Origin: an uncultured bacterium
Lineage (GTDB): Bacteria; Babelota; Babeliae; Babelales; Vermiphilaceae
Length of the DNA stretch: 64,000 nt
NCBI GenBank assembly: GCA_963701085.1
Contig: OY969561.1
Coordinates: forward strand, 1,024,001 to 1,088,000
Reading direction: 5' to 3'
Shown: piece after piece, positions 38,337 through 48,944 of the stretch
How positions within the stretch are numbered: the stretch's first letter is position 1
Layout: each line of letters begins with the position of its first letter
Program-made: the position numbers and the translations under genes
The notes under the pieces: model-generated
Seen by the model: only the letters and a program-made list of their open reading frames with translations
What the model was told of the DNA's origin: nothing
Database searches by the model: none

Positions 38337-41042
38337 TTATGAAGTTTGCCACCATTGCCGGAAGTAGTCTATGACGTTAGAAATAGGTTTTTTAATGGTT
38401 TCTATGATGGTTTTGACAACCCCAACAGTCTCTTTTTGTGGTGCTTTTTCTTCAGCAACTGCTTTGGAAACTGGCATTTCTACTGCTTTTGGTTCTTTTT
38501 TACTGATTTGGTCTTGTAGTTGTATTTTTTGTTGTAATTGACGTTTAATCCAGTCTGGTAGCAGTTCTTTCCAATTTCCGAGCATATTTTCCCACCATGT
38601 TTGGTTTTGTGGCTGAACTTTTTTAATACTTTCTACTTCTTGTATTGGTTCTTCTTTTTTGGGTTGACCAGTTATCTTATCCCCCGTGCGTGATTTATAG
38701 GGTGATGATGGGTAGTTGCTGGGGAAGTTTTCCACTGCTGTTGATGATGATGAGGCCGAAGGGGTTGTTGAAGGTGTTTGGGTAAATGTACGCGCTGCTG
38801 AGGGGCTGCTGGTTGTAGTGCTGGTGTAAGAGGGTGTTCTTCTGCTAGTGGTTTGACTAGCTTCCATACTAGAGGGGGTTGTTGGTTGGGTAATAGCAGA
38901 GATTGGTTGAGTAGTAGGTTGTGTTTCCTCTTGCGGTGGCAAGGTTGGCTCATATATTTTTGTGGTAGATGTTTCTTTGGGGAGGGTGATTGTTTCAGGA
39001 GATACTTCTGTTTTCTTTTCTTTCTCAGTGGTTAATGCTACTGGGCGTGGAGCTGTTAACGCTGTGGTTCTTTCTTCAGTGCTTTTTTCTTCTTGATATT
39101 CTTTTCCTTCTTTTCCTTCGGGACCTCCACCTTCACCTTTTTCTTCTTTTGTTTTCTCTTCTTTTTTAGCTTCTTGCTCAACTTTTGCTTTGTCCAATTC
39201 TTGAGATTGCAGTTTTTGTTTTTGGAATGTTTCTAATTCTGCATGAATGAGTTCCAGATCACGCTCATAGTTTGCGCTTATTTTTTGTTTTGCTTCATTA
39301 TTTGCTTTTTCGATTAATTGTTGTTTTTTTGCTAATTCTTCTTTTGATACCGCTTCTAATTCTTCAAGTTTTTTGAGTTGCTCTTGATTTGTTTTATTAA
39401 TAAATTCTTGTGATTGTTCAAGAGATGCTTTAGTTTGTTGTAGTTGTTCTTTTTTTTCTTGTTCTATGCGTTCTAGCTCTGTTTGAGCTTTTATCTCTAT
39501 TTCTTTTTTTTGTTGAGCAAAATCTGTTTCAGCATCTTGTATGCGTTCTTTGATTTTTGTAAATTCGTTTTTGGTTTGTGTAAGTTCTACTTCAAGTCTT
39601 TCTATTTCTTGAGCTTTTTGCTCAGCTTCAATAGCTTCTTTTTTTGCCTGTAATGATTCAGCTTTAATTTGTTCTAACTCTTTTGTGCGCTGAGTTGATT
39701 CAATTTTTTGTTGAGCTGCTAAGGCATCAGCTTCTTTTTGAGTTGCCAATTCAAGAGCGCTGTTTTTTTCTTGAATAGCCTTTAAGTGTTCTTCTTTTTT
39801 TAATTGTGTTTCTTGGATTTTAAGTTTATTTTGCTCCAATGCAGCTTCATTATCGGCTATGTCTTTCATTAGTTTTTCTTGTTCAGCTTTACTTGCAACT
39901 TTTTCTTGTTCAAGTTTGAGTTGTCTCAGCTCTTCTTCAGCTGTAGCGAGTTCTTGTTCAGTTCGTTCTAAACGAGCATTGTCTTTTTCAAACTGTTCGT
40001 ATTCTGCATCAACTTCTTTTTTTAATTTTTCTTCAGTTAATTGTGCCTGTTCTGCAGCAGCCTTTTGTCGGGCGGCCTCTTCTTCCGTTCGTAGCTTTTC
40101 AGCAGCAGCAGACTGTTTTTCTTGTTCCTCAGCAAGTTCTTTTGCCTTTAACTCGTTAGCTTTTTGTTCTTCTAGCATTTTTTTCATGCTCATTTTTTTT
40201 GGTTTTTTTACAACTTCTGTTGGTTTTGTTTCAGGCAATATTTGTTTTTCTACTTCTGCAAAAGCTTCTTCTAGTTCTTTATTTGCTAGTTCTTCTGTTT
40301 TTTCAGCCTCAGTTTTTTGAGATACTTCCTCTAATGTTTTTTCTTTGAGCATTTTTTCTAGATCTGAAAATTGTTCATCAATATAATGTAATCTTTCTTG
40401 TGAGGGATTTTTCTGTGCCTCTCTCACTAAGCTTTTCAGTTCTTTTATTCGCTCTTTAGGTAAGAATTTTTTTGCTTCTCTCGTGAGCTGAGTAAAATGA
40501 TCTATCTTCAATGCGAGTGTTATAGTGGAATATGTTTCATAAAATAAATCTACAGACTGTTGGTTAATTTTTTTTGGGTTACTTACATAGATATCCATGA
40601 GCTTGGCTAATTTTTGATAGTCTTCTATTTGTTGAGGGAGCCAGTATTTGGTTTGTTCGGCTTGTTTAATGAGATCTTTAAAGTTGTTTACATTAATCCT
40701 CAGCTCTTCGAGAGCTTCAGGTATTATAGCGGTGCTTGGTTTTTGGGATATGAGAGCATGAGATTGCTCTGTAAGCTTACTTCCGGGGCGGATCGGTTGT
40801 CCTGGAAATAATACAGGTGCTTGGCCTTTAATTTGTGTGGATGGAGTTCTTGCCTCAGTGGTAGAGGTAGAAGGTGTACGGTGTTCTGTGGGAGTCTTAT
40901 ATGTTGGTGGAGGGGTTATTGCTCCAATTGGTCTAAGAGCTTTTGTGGCTCCTGTTGCCAATCTTGTTGTCATACTATGTGAATACGTAGGCAAAAGAGC
41001 GCAGAGGAGCAATGGGATAAGAGTGATTCTGTTTTTTTTCAT
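38337..41042 (-). CDS. Large secreted coiled-coil protein with S/T/P-rich region
   Basis: MKKNRITLIPLLLCALLPTYSHS|MT; long E/K/Q heptad region; S/T-rich stretch; Trp-rich C-terminus. Confidence 0.8.
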   Translation of the reverse strand: MKKNRITLIPLLLCALLPTYSHSMTTRLATGATKALRPIGAITPPPTYKTPTEHRTPSTSTTEARTPSTQIKGQAPVLFPGQPIRPGSKLTEQSHALISQKPSTAIIPEALEELRINVNNFKDLIKQAEQTKYWLPQQIEDYQKLAKLMDIYVSNPKKINQQSVDLFYETYSTITLALKIDHFTQLTREAKKFLPKERIKELKSLVREAQKNPSQERLHYIDEQFSDLEKMLKEKTLEEVSQKTEAEKTEELANKELEEAFAEVEKQILPETKPTEVVKKPKKMSMKKMLEEQKANELKAKELAEEQEKQSAAAEKLRTEEEAARQKAAAEQAQLTEEKLKKEVDAEYEQFEKDNARLERTEQELATAEEELRQLKLEQEKVASKAEQEKLMKDIADNEAALEQNKLKIQETQLKKEEHLKAIQEKNSALELATQKEADALAAQQKIESTQRTKELEQIKAESLQAKKEAIEAEQKAQEIERLEVELTQTKNEFTKIKERIQDAETDFAQQKKEIEIKAQTELERIEQEKKEQLQQTKASLEQSQEFINKTNQEQLKKLEELEAVSKEELAKKQQLIEKANNEAKQKISANYERDLELIHAELETFQKQKLQSQELDKAKVEQEAKKEEKTKEEKGEGGGPEGKEGKEYQEEKSTEERTTALTAPRPVALTTEKEKKTEVSPETITLPKETSTTKIYEPTLPPQEETQPTTQPISAITQPTTPSSMEASQTTSRRTPSYTSTTTSSPSAARTFTQTPSTTPSASSSSTAVENFPSNYPSSPYKSRTGDKITGQPKKEEPIQEVESIKKVQPQNQTWWENMLGNWKELLPDWIKRQLQQKIQLQDQISKKEPKAVEMPVSKAVAEEKAPQKETVGVVKTIIETIKKPISNVIDYFRQWWQTS

Positions 41043-41281
41043 CTGATTCCTCTGCTTTTTATCTTTATAGCGCCATTTTTTTATTTTATTCCTTTTTAAA
41101 ACATACATTTTTTGGAATGGTAAATTCAAGAAACTAATAATTATTGCTTTTATCGAGTAGGTAGCTGAAATTTGTAAAAACTAAAGCAATTATTGCTATT
41201 TGGATTTTGAGATGTATACATTGAAGGAAAAGGATATGGGTGGGGTGAGTAGTAATGTGGAGTAAAAAAAGGAGCAAGATT

Positions 41282-41715
41282 ATGGTGAATAAAAGTAAAA
41301 GATTGATGATTATGATTATGTTGTAAGGATTGGTGTGAGTAGTAATGTGCTTGCATGTCTGACTACGGTCATTAATGATAGCAATGGTAAAATAGCTATT
41401 TTTAATAAGAATGATAAAAGTTTTATGCTTATTCCAAAAAATGGAAAACGACCATTTGGCCGCCATCATACGTATGCCTGTTTTGCTCTTTATACCCAGC
41501 AACCAAAAACGCCACTTTTGTATAGTCGAGCAAATGTTTGCAAACAGAATGAATGTGGTAGTAATGGCAATGTTCAATTAAAGGTTTCTGATATAGTAGA
41601 TAATACGGGCGAAGCACAATTATTTACCATCACCAAAAATAAGCCGCACTCTTCTATGGTGCGTGAATTACCCATGATACAAAAAAAGAATTGTCATACC
41701 TGTAATGGTGAGTAA
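41282..41715 (+). CDS. Small secreted Cys-containing protein (apparent frameshift in signal peptide near 41325)
   Basis: aaggag RBS then MVNKSKRLMIMIML, continuing in another frame as IGVSSNVLACLTTV... (ORF 41335-41715). Confidence 0.55.
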
Positions 41716-41717
41716 AA

Positions 41718-41868
41718 CCCTTCGATACTTTTTTGCAAGCAAAAAAACTCAGGGTGATACAGCGATACATTTTTGAGGACAAAAATACTCAGTATGAGCG
41801 GAAAGAAGTCTATCGTGATTTCCTTCCTCCGCTCACCCTGAGTGCCCCATTAGGGGTGTATCGAAGGG
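41718..41868. repeat. Cluster of three type-A elements downstream of secA
   Basis: cccttcgatacttttttgcaagcaaaaaaactcagggtga; cgatacatttttgaggacaaaaatactcagtatgagcgg; ccgctcaccctgagtgccccattaggggtgtatcgaaggg. Confidence 0.9.
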
Positions 41869-41879
41869 GGGTTATGTTT

Positions 41880-44328
41880 TTATGCAGGGTCATTTTCACC
41901 AGAAAAGTTGAGCCGTTCAAGCTCAGCATCGCGGCGCTTTTCAAATTCCTGTGCATTAAACTGGGTAAGATTGAGATGGAAAATATGATGGACAATATCA
42001 AAGCGGATATGGGTCATCATTTCACGGAACATATCAAATGCTTCACGTTTATATTCAATGAGCGGATTTTTTTGTCCCCAGCCACGTAAGCCAATGCCTT
42101 CTTTAAGATGATCAAGATTGAGCATGTGCTGACGCCATGCCTGATCAATTGTTTCAAGCACGAGCCATTTTTCAGCTGTTTTAATGACATTTTTCATTGT
42201 GGTGTCTGCGGTATAGATCATATTGTTCAAGTAAAAAGTTAATAAGATCTTTTTCAAACTGTTCAACATTGCGTGTGCTGATGCCTGCTTTTTCAAAATC
42301 TTTCTGCGTAAGCCTGGTCATATATTCTAAAGCTTCATATACTTTTTCAATTTGTTCTGTTTTGATGTTTCTTTTTGGTGCATTATATGCAATAAGCATC
42401 TTCAACAATGGTAGCAATAAAATCACGAATAAGTTCATAAATGCGATTTTCACCTTCAAGTGCATCAAGGCGATGATTGTAGATGACAATACGTTGTTGA
42501 TTGAGAACATCATCATATTCAAGTAAATGTTTACGGTTATCAAAGTTGTGTTTTTCAACTCGTTCTTGTGCGCGTTCAATTGTGTGTGAAACCAAGCTTA
42601 GATTCAATAATTTCATCTTCTTGCATACCAAAGAACTCCATTTTTTTCTTGAGTGATTCGCCGGCAAAAATACGAACTAAATCATCTTCAAGAGAGATAT
42701 AAAAACGAGATTCTCCTGGGTCGCCTTGTCGGCCAGATCGTCCTCGTAAGCTGATTATCAATACGTCTGCTTTCATGCCGTTCTGTGCCTAAAATATAAA
42801 GACCACCAGCTTCAATTGATTCTGGGGTGAGTTTAATATCAGTACCACGACCAGCCATATTGGTAGCAATAGTAATGTGGCCAGGTTCTCCTGCATGGGC
42901 AACAATTTCTGCTTCTCGTTCATGTTGTTTTGCATTAAGTACATCATGAGGAATACCATTTGCGTTTAAAATATGCACTTAATAGTTCTGATGTTTCAAT
43001 GGCAATGGTACCAATAAGAACTGGTTGTCCTGCTGTGTGACGTTCTTTAATATCTTCAACAATTGCTTTATATTTTGCATTTTTTGTTAAAAAAATAAGA
43101 TCTGGCATATCTTTTCTGATCATATGCGCGATTGGTTGGAATAGAAATAACATCAAGTTTATAAATGTTATGAAATTCTTCACTTTCTGTTGCAGCAGTA
43201 CCGGTCATACCCGCAAGTTTTTTATAAAGTCTGAAAAAATTTTGGAAAGTAATGCTGGCAAGTGTTTGGCTTTCGCGTTCAATTTCAACATTTTCTTTTG
43301 CTTCAATGGCTTGATGTAATCCATCACTGTAGCGTCGTCCTGGTAAAATACGTCCCGTAAATTCATCAACAATCAGAACTTGATTATCAGTAATAACATA
43401 TTCAACATCACGTTTAAAAAGTGCATGCGCGCGTAGTGCTTGATTGAAGTGGTGAAGTAGTTGCATATGTTCAATGAGAATATAGATTTTTAATATTAAA
43501 TGCTGCTTCAACTTTATCAACGCCAGATTCTGTCAAAAGAACTGAGCGTGCTTTTTCATCAACTTCATAGTCATTCATCTTTTTCTAAGATAAGAAACAA
43601 CACGGTCAGCATCTCGTATAGAGCGTGCTACTTCTTCAGATGAACCGGAAATAATAAGTGGTGTACGTGCTTCATCAATTAAAATTGAATCAACTTCATC
43701 AACAATGGCAAAAGAAAGCTCGCGTTGTACATAATCATTCAAGCGGAACTTCATATTATCGCGCAAATAATCAAATCCAAGTTCATTATTTGTTGCATAT
43801 AAAATATCAGCTGCATAGGCTTTTTTACGTTCTGCATCATTCATAGAATTTTGTAGACATGCAACGTTAAGTCCAAGGAATGTGTAAATAGGACCCATCC
43901 ATTCAGAGTCACGGCGTGCAAGATAATCATTAACGGTAACAAATGTGCCCCCTTTGCCCGTCAAGAGCATTAAGATAGAGGGCTAATGTTGCGGTGAGTG
44001 TTTTACCTTCACCCGTTTTCATTTCAGAAATTTTACCTTGATGCAGTACAATGCCGCCCATAAGCTGAACATCAAAATGGCGTTGGCCTAAGTTTGCGTT
44101 TTGCTGCTTCACGCACAACGGCAAAAGCTTCTGGTAAAATATCATTAATGTTTTGCCAGCAGCTAACTGTGGCTTTTAAATTCAATTGTTTTGTGGGCGA
44201 GTTGTTCATCGGTTAGTGAGTTGTATTGAAGGTTCAAATGCATTAATTTGTTCAACAACAGGGAGCATTTTTTTTAATTGGCGCTCATTATTTGTGCCGA
44301 CTATTTTTGCGAGTATCCGTGAGATCAT
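41880..44328 (-). CDS. secA: Preprotein translocase SecA, broken by about ten or more frameshifts (probably sequencing errors)
   Basis: Colinear fragments: [116 protein letters not shown]. Confidence 0.95.
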
Positions 44329-44555
44329 TGCAATCCCCATTTTTATTAGGTTTTAAAAGTACATTATTTCTTGCAAGAGTATCAAAAAAATAGATTTTGC
44401 TCAATATACGTATTTTCTCATCAGTAGCTACTTTATGACAAAGAGAAAATAATCTCTTGCTATATTATTATAATTATGGTACAGTTATTAGTGATAAGCA
44501 TACAAATAGTATTGTATGTGGCATTTTAACCAAATATTAAGAGTTGGAGATGTTT

Positions 44556-44840
44556 ATGAATAAATTATTAAGTCTCACTATAATGGTTTCAGTGCTCTCT
44601 GTTTTTGGTGTAGGTGCTATGGAGCGCTCTGAAGGAGCGGCGTATCCGCAGCTTACTCAGCAAGAGTTTGACGCACAACTTAGACAGCAAAGAGAAGCTA
44701 GGACAAGAGAGGCAAGAGAGCAGATGAGGCTGGAAAGAGAACAGCAAAGACGTGGTGCGCGACGTAACTTAAATCCTGAATTAGAATTGTATGATCCTAA
44801 TCGGGGTGAAGGTGCTTATCCTGTTGATCCTAATTTATAA
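44556..44840 (+). CDS. Small secreted hypothetical protein
   Basis: MNKLLSLTIMVSVLSVFGVGA|ME; EGAAYP/EGAYP flank an R/E/Q helix. Confidence 0.65.
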   Translation: MNKLLSLTIMVSVLSVFGVGAMERSEGAAYPQLTQQEFDAQLRQQREARTREAREQMRLEREQQRRGARRNLNPELELYDPNRGEGAYPVDPNL

Positions 44841-44861
44841 TTTCTATGAACATACGTTGTT

Positions 44862-44896
44862 AAAAAAAAGCTCTTTGAAAAAAAAGAGCTTTTTTT
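44862..44896 (+). terminator. Intrinsic terminator
   Basis: aaaaaaaagctcttt...aaagagcttttttt. Confidence 0.7.
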
Positions 44897-44963
44897 AATT
44901 TTTGAGATACTTTAATATAGAGAGCATCGTAATAGTAATTTTTGATCAAAAAAAGGAATCTCT

Positions 44964-45326
44964 ATGAAAAAAGTGGTGTTAGTTCTTGTAGTTGTTTTGG
45001 TAAGCAGTGCCAATAATGCTTTTCAGGGTAGTCAGCTTATACAAAAAGATGCTCCTTGTGGATATAATCAGCGTTTTCTTGATGCCGAGAGTCCAAGGGA
45101 TGAGTACGTGCATGTTGAAGAAAATCAAAGTGATATTGATGAATACGATCAGAATGTTTGTGACAATGTACAACCACCAAAAATATCTGCTTTAGAAGCT
45201 TCTTTAAGAGATATTATGGGGAAGATTCTTGTGCATTGTTTGATCGTAAAAGAGATGGCTACTGTTTGTTTTAAAGAAATTCAAGACACTCTTAATAAAT
45301 GGTTTGCTGTTGTGTTGAAGGCGTAA
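44964..45326 (+). CDS. Secreted hypothetical protein
   Basis: MKKVVLVLVVVLVSSANNA; aagga RBS. Confidence 0.6.
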   Translation: MKKVVLVLVVVLVSSANNAFQGSQLIQKDAPCGYNQRFLDAESPRDEYVHVEENQSDIDEYDQNVCDNVQPPKISALEASLRDIMGKILVHCLIVKEMATVCFKEIQDTLNKWFAVVLKA

Positions 45327-45354
45327 ATTTTTAAAAAAAAGAAAATAGTTCCTC

Positions 45355-46134
45355 ATGAGCGATATGGCAGTGCATAAAGATACGCATGAATTTGCTGTAT
45401 ATAAAGAATCATTATCTTTGTTACTACAGAAACAAGGTCCTGGTAGTAGTGTAATCTTTTCTGACGAAAAATTGTTCCATCGTATGGTGACGGTGTTGCG
45501 CCTGCGCGTTGGTGACGGGTGTATTTTTTTTGATAAAGAACGGTATATAGTAGCCAAAATTGAATCTTTTGTTGGGAAAAAACAGATTCAGGTGATAATA
45601 GAATCGGTACATCCAACAACCATTTTGCGTCCAAATATCACCTTTTTACTCCCTATGCTCAAACGTGATGATTATGAATCAGCTTTATATGCGCTTACTG
45701 AGGTTGGTGTGAGTACGATACAGCTCGTTTTTACTCAAAAAACCGGAAATTGCTGGTCGAAAGAACGGGATAATGATCGTGCTCAGCGAATACTCATTGC
45801 TGCGGCAGAGCAATCTAAAAATTTTGCATACCCACGATTGAAAGCGCCTATTTCTTTGGAGGTGGCATTACAAGAGCAGCGTGATGTTGGTGGAGGAGTA
45901 AAAATATTTTTTGATCCGCAGGGAAGCCATTTTTTTGATGTAATGAATAGATTGCATGATGACCGACCAGAACATGTTGTGCTGCTTATTGGGCCAGAGG
46001 GAGATTTAACTGTAGAAGAAAAAAAAATGGTACGAACAAACAAATTTATTTTTTGTGCTCTTACCCCTACCATTATGCGGGCTGTTCAAGCGGCAGCTCT
46101 TGCTGCTGGTTTTGTTCGATCTCTTCTTGTGTAG
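45355..46134 (+). CDS. rsmE: 16S rRNA m3U1498 methyltransferase RsmE
   Basis: VLRLRVGD, LTEVGV, IAAAEQS, LIGPEGDLT, IMRAVQAA. Confidence 0.88.
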   Translation: MSDMAVHKDTHEFAVYKESLSLLLQKQGPGSSVIFSDEKLFHRMVTVLRLRVGDGCIFFDKERYIVAKIESFVGKKQIQVIIESVHPTTILRPNITFLLPMLKRDDYESALYALTEVGVSTIQLVFTQKTGNCWSKERDNDRAQRILIAAAEQSKNFAYPRLKAPISLEVALQEQRDVGGGVKIFFDPQGSHFFDVMNRLHDDRPEHVVLLIGPEGDLTVEEKKMVRTNKFIFCALTPTIMRAVQAAALAAGFVRSLLV

Positions 46135-46256
46135 CTTTATGGCAAATGTATTCAAATAGTACTTACATTTTTGTTGATTTTTTATATTTTTGAGTATTAC
46201 ACTGTTATTAGTTGAGGATGAGAAGAGATTTTTGGGTGAGGATAGGGGAGAGTGTA

Positions 46257-47168
46257 ATGGAAAGCAGACAAGCGGGAATTTTGCGACTGAGCATCATAAT
46301 GGGGTTTTTTAGCGTCAGTATATTTTTTTTGAATAATAATAAAAAAAATTTTATTACGGCAACCCATATTGATGTTTTAAACTTTAAAGTTGACCCTATG
46401 GCAACTCTTTCATTGGATCAGGCATATGAAGCAATGCATTCATTGTTTATTGCTCATGATAGTGATCTGATTGTTAAAGTTATGAGTCAATTTAAATATC
46501 GCTTTGCTCATGATCTTATTGAGAAAATGATAAATGATGATGTTGTTTGTCTGTCTCATGAAGAAAAAATGGATATCATTTATGGTTTGGTAGCTCATTG
46601 TGGTACAAAAAAGAATGTTCAGTATGAGTTATTAGATCTTTTGTTGAAATATCCTGTTTTGCACTCTCAGACTCCCGCATTACTTTCTTTGGCTCGTGGT
46701 AAATATGCAGATATTATTGCGTTGTTTATTGCCTGGGGCAAAGATCGTCAGAAAAATGAAGCTTATCCTCATGATCTTTTATCTTCTTATGCTGAGCAGG
46801 CTTTTGCTGCAGCCTTAAAAAATGATGATTATGAAGCGATTGAAATGCTGCTGAGTAAAAAAGTTCGTATTTCTCAAGTCAAATCTTCAGCATTGCTCTG
46901 GGATATCGTGGAGCATGGCAAAAATAATAAGTTCATATCCTTGCTGGTTCGTCACGCGCAAGCGGATGTTAATTATGCAGAACAAGGTAAAACGCTGTTA
47001 ATCGCGGCTGTTGAAAAAAATAATATAGATATTGTGCGTGTGCTGTTGGATGAAGGAGCTGTTGTTGACCGTGTCAGTGATGGCGAACTTGGAACGGCGC
47101 TTACTGTTGCAATGAAACATAATTATCATTCTGTTGAACAGCTACTGCGTGAATACGGTGCGGCATAA
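46257..47168 (+). CDS. Ankyrin-repeat protein with N-terminal TM/signal
   Basis: ADVNY..GKTLLIAAVEKNNIDIVRVLLDEGA, GTALTVAMKHNYHSVEQLLREYGA; start uncertain. Confidence 0.82.
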   Translation: MESRQAGILRLSIIMGFFSVSIFFLNNNKKNFITATHIDVLNFKVDPMATLSLDQAYEAMHSLFIAHDSDLIVKVMSQFKYRFAHDLIEKMINDDVVCLSHEEKMDIIYGLVAHCGTKKNVQYELLDLLLKYPVLHSQTPALLSLARGKYADIIALFIAWGKDRQKNEAYPHDLLSSYAEQAFAAALKNDDYEAIEMLLSKKVRISQVKSSALLWDIVEHGKNNKFISLLVRHAQADVNYAEQGKTLLIAAVEKNNIDIVRVLLDEGAVVDRVSDGELGTALTVAMKHNYHSVEQLLREYGAA

Positions 47169-47203
47169 AAAATGATTTTTTTAATTTATAATGGATAGAG
47201 AAG

Positions 47204-47449
47204 ATGAAAATAGTTAATTTATTGGGTTTGGGTATTTGTTTGTTGAGTTTTAATATTGTTTGTATGGATAAAAATAGAGAGCAACGGCCATTAACGCCGA
47301 ATCAAGAATTGAAAATATGGCACTATAATAATATGCGGGAATTAGAAATTGAACGTCGAAGGGACATGCACTTTTTACAGATAGAGTCAAAATTACAACT
47401 AAAAATGCTTGTGGTGGAAACTGAAAGAAAGTACGGAAAGCTGGATTAA
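47204..47449 (+). CDS. Small secreted hypothetical protein
   Basis: MKIVNLLGLGICLLSFNIVC|MD. Confidence 0.6.
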   Translation: MKIVNLLGLGICLLSFNIVCMDKNREQRPLTPNQELKIWHYNNMRELEIERRRDMHFLQIESKLQLKMLVVETERKYGKLD

Positions 47450-47452
47450 TTT

Positions 47453-48121
47453 TTATAATTCTACCGCATGTTTTTTGAGATGAAGCGGCATCAGATAGCC
47501 ATCAGATACATCTTTATTTATAAATTTTTCTAAACCTAATCTGCCAATGGTTTCAATAGAGCACATTGGTGGGTTATTTTGTTTGATAATGGCGCTATTT
47601 CCGTAAATTTGTTTAATAAGATCATGGTGAAGGGTTACGCCGTTACCAATAAAATTGGTGGGGTGAGGAGCGCTAGAATGAGCGCGGTGAAGAAAAGCAT
47701 CAATTTTTTGGTATCCCTTAGATAAAACTTGATCCTGGTGTGCGATGCAATAATAAACTTCATTATTGAAAGCATTTAATAAAACAACGGTGTTTTGATA
47801 TGAATTGTCATAAAACTCTAAAAATGTTGCATCAAGGCCATCGATACCAATTAATGGCAGTTGTGTGGCTAAATGCAGACCATTAACTGAAGCAATAATG
47901 GAGCGTAAGGTAGAAAATGGTCCGGGGCCACAATTAACGGCGCAAAAATCAAAATCACTGATTTTTGCGTTATTTTTTGTGAGTAGCTCATCAAGTAAGG
48001 GAATAAACAGTTTGCTGGCGTGGCGTTTATCTTCACGCTGTTTATCAACAAATGTATTATTGATAAACAGCGCTATCTCGAAAACTTCATAGGTGTTTTG
48101 AATTGCTAAAAAGGAATGCAT
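47453..48121 (-). CDS. tsaB: tRNA t6A modification protein TsaB
   Basis: FLAIQNT, HASKLFIPLLDELL, AVNCGPGPFSTLR, LIGIDGL, FIGNG. Confidence 0.85.
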   Translation of the reverse strand: MHSFLAIQNTYEVFEIALFINNTFVDKQREDKRHASKLFIPLLDELLTKNNAKISDFDFCAVNCGPGPFSTLRSIIASVNGLHLATQLPLIGIDGLDATFLEFYDNSYQNTVVLLNAFNNEVYYCIAHQDQVLSKGYQKIDAFLHRAHSSAPHPTNFIGNGVTLHHDLIKQIYGNSAIIKQNNPPMCSIETIGRLGLEKFINKDVSDGYLMPLHLKKHAVEL

Positions 48122-48129
48122 GATATCTT

Positions 48130-48309
48130 TTAGTTGCGGTTTTTAGATTTTTGCTGCTGGTAAAAAAGACTAAACGAATCATATTCGATTGTTTTTTCTT
48201 TCTTTAATATTATTTTACCACAATTTAAACATTTCCACCCCTCAAAATTGAGAGGATTATCAAAAAATGATTGGAGGACCAATAATCCGTCACATTTTTG
48301 ACACTTCAT
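48130..48309 (-). CDS. Small zinc-ribbon protein
   Basis: MKCQKCDGLL...WKCLNCG; aggag RBS. Confidence 0.7.
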   Translation of the reverse strand: MKCQKCDGLLVLQSFFDNPLNFEGWKCLNCGKIILKKEKTIEYDSFSLFYQQQKSKNRN

Positions 48310-48433
48310 ACAACTACTCCTTTCAGCTATAAGCCTATCACTACAATACAATGGTACTAACGATAGTGCTGATGCGCTTCAAGTTGTTTTCCTTTTGTTT
48401 TTAAACCTAAAGCATAATCATGCTTCTTGTCAA

Positions 48434-48859
48434 TTAAACTTGGTCATCGGTAGGCGTTTGGTAGAATCGCTTGTATTCAAGATAGGAACTGAGAAAAATT
48501 GCAGCGGCAATAGCATGGGAACGGAGTTTATCTTCTTTTGTTTTTGTTGATCTTATAGTGGCAGCTTGTTTGCTTGTTAAGCGTTCATCCCACATTTTCC
48601 ATTCAATAGAGGGAAAATGATTTTTAAGTTCTTCAGTCATGGCAATAACTTTTTTTGTTTGATCACTTTCTGTGCCGCGCATTGTTGTGGGAAGTCCAAC
48701 AACAATAGTTGAGATGTGTTCTTTTGGGATTACTTTTTCTAAAAAAGTATATAAATCAGCTGTTTTTGTTGTGTCGTAAGGACGTGGCAAAATGCCAAGA
48801 GGGTCAGAAATTGCAACTCCGGTCCAACGATCACCAATATCAAGCGCAAGAATCTTCAT
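48434..48859 (-). CDS. ruvX: RuvX/YqgF pre-16S rRNA nuclease
   Basis: ILALDIGDRWTGVAISD, IVVGLP, WDERLTSKQA. Confidence 0.92.
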   Translation of the reverse strand: MKILALDIGDRWTGVAISDPLGILPRPYDTTKTADLYTFLEKVIPKEHISTIVVGLPTTMRGTESDQTKKVIAMTEELKNHFPSIEWKMWDERLTSKQAATIRSTKTKEDKLRSHAIAAAIFLSSYLEYKRFYQTPTDDQV

Positions 48860-48944
48860 TTTTTTGGCCTTATCCAAATATTAAAATTTCAGTATACTGG
48901 ATTTGTCGAAGTTGTAAAAAATTAATTTTTCCCAAGGAGTATTT

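Noticed and set aside
36055-40320. Long antisense ORFs (36055-36840, 39859-40320; also 4662-5267)
   Set aside because: Ser/Phe/Cys-rich shadows of E/K/Q-rich genes on the other strand.
6767-41868. Repeats as CRISPR array or integron attC sites
   Set aside because: Dispersed, with no regular repeat-spacer period, no cas or integrase gene and no consistent attC core.
41733-42089. ORFs spanning repeat elements (41733-42089, 33802-34128, 18713-18895, 27289-27537, 56555-56764)
   Set aside because: Open only because the GC-rich palindromes lack stops; no RBS or homology evidence.
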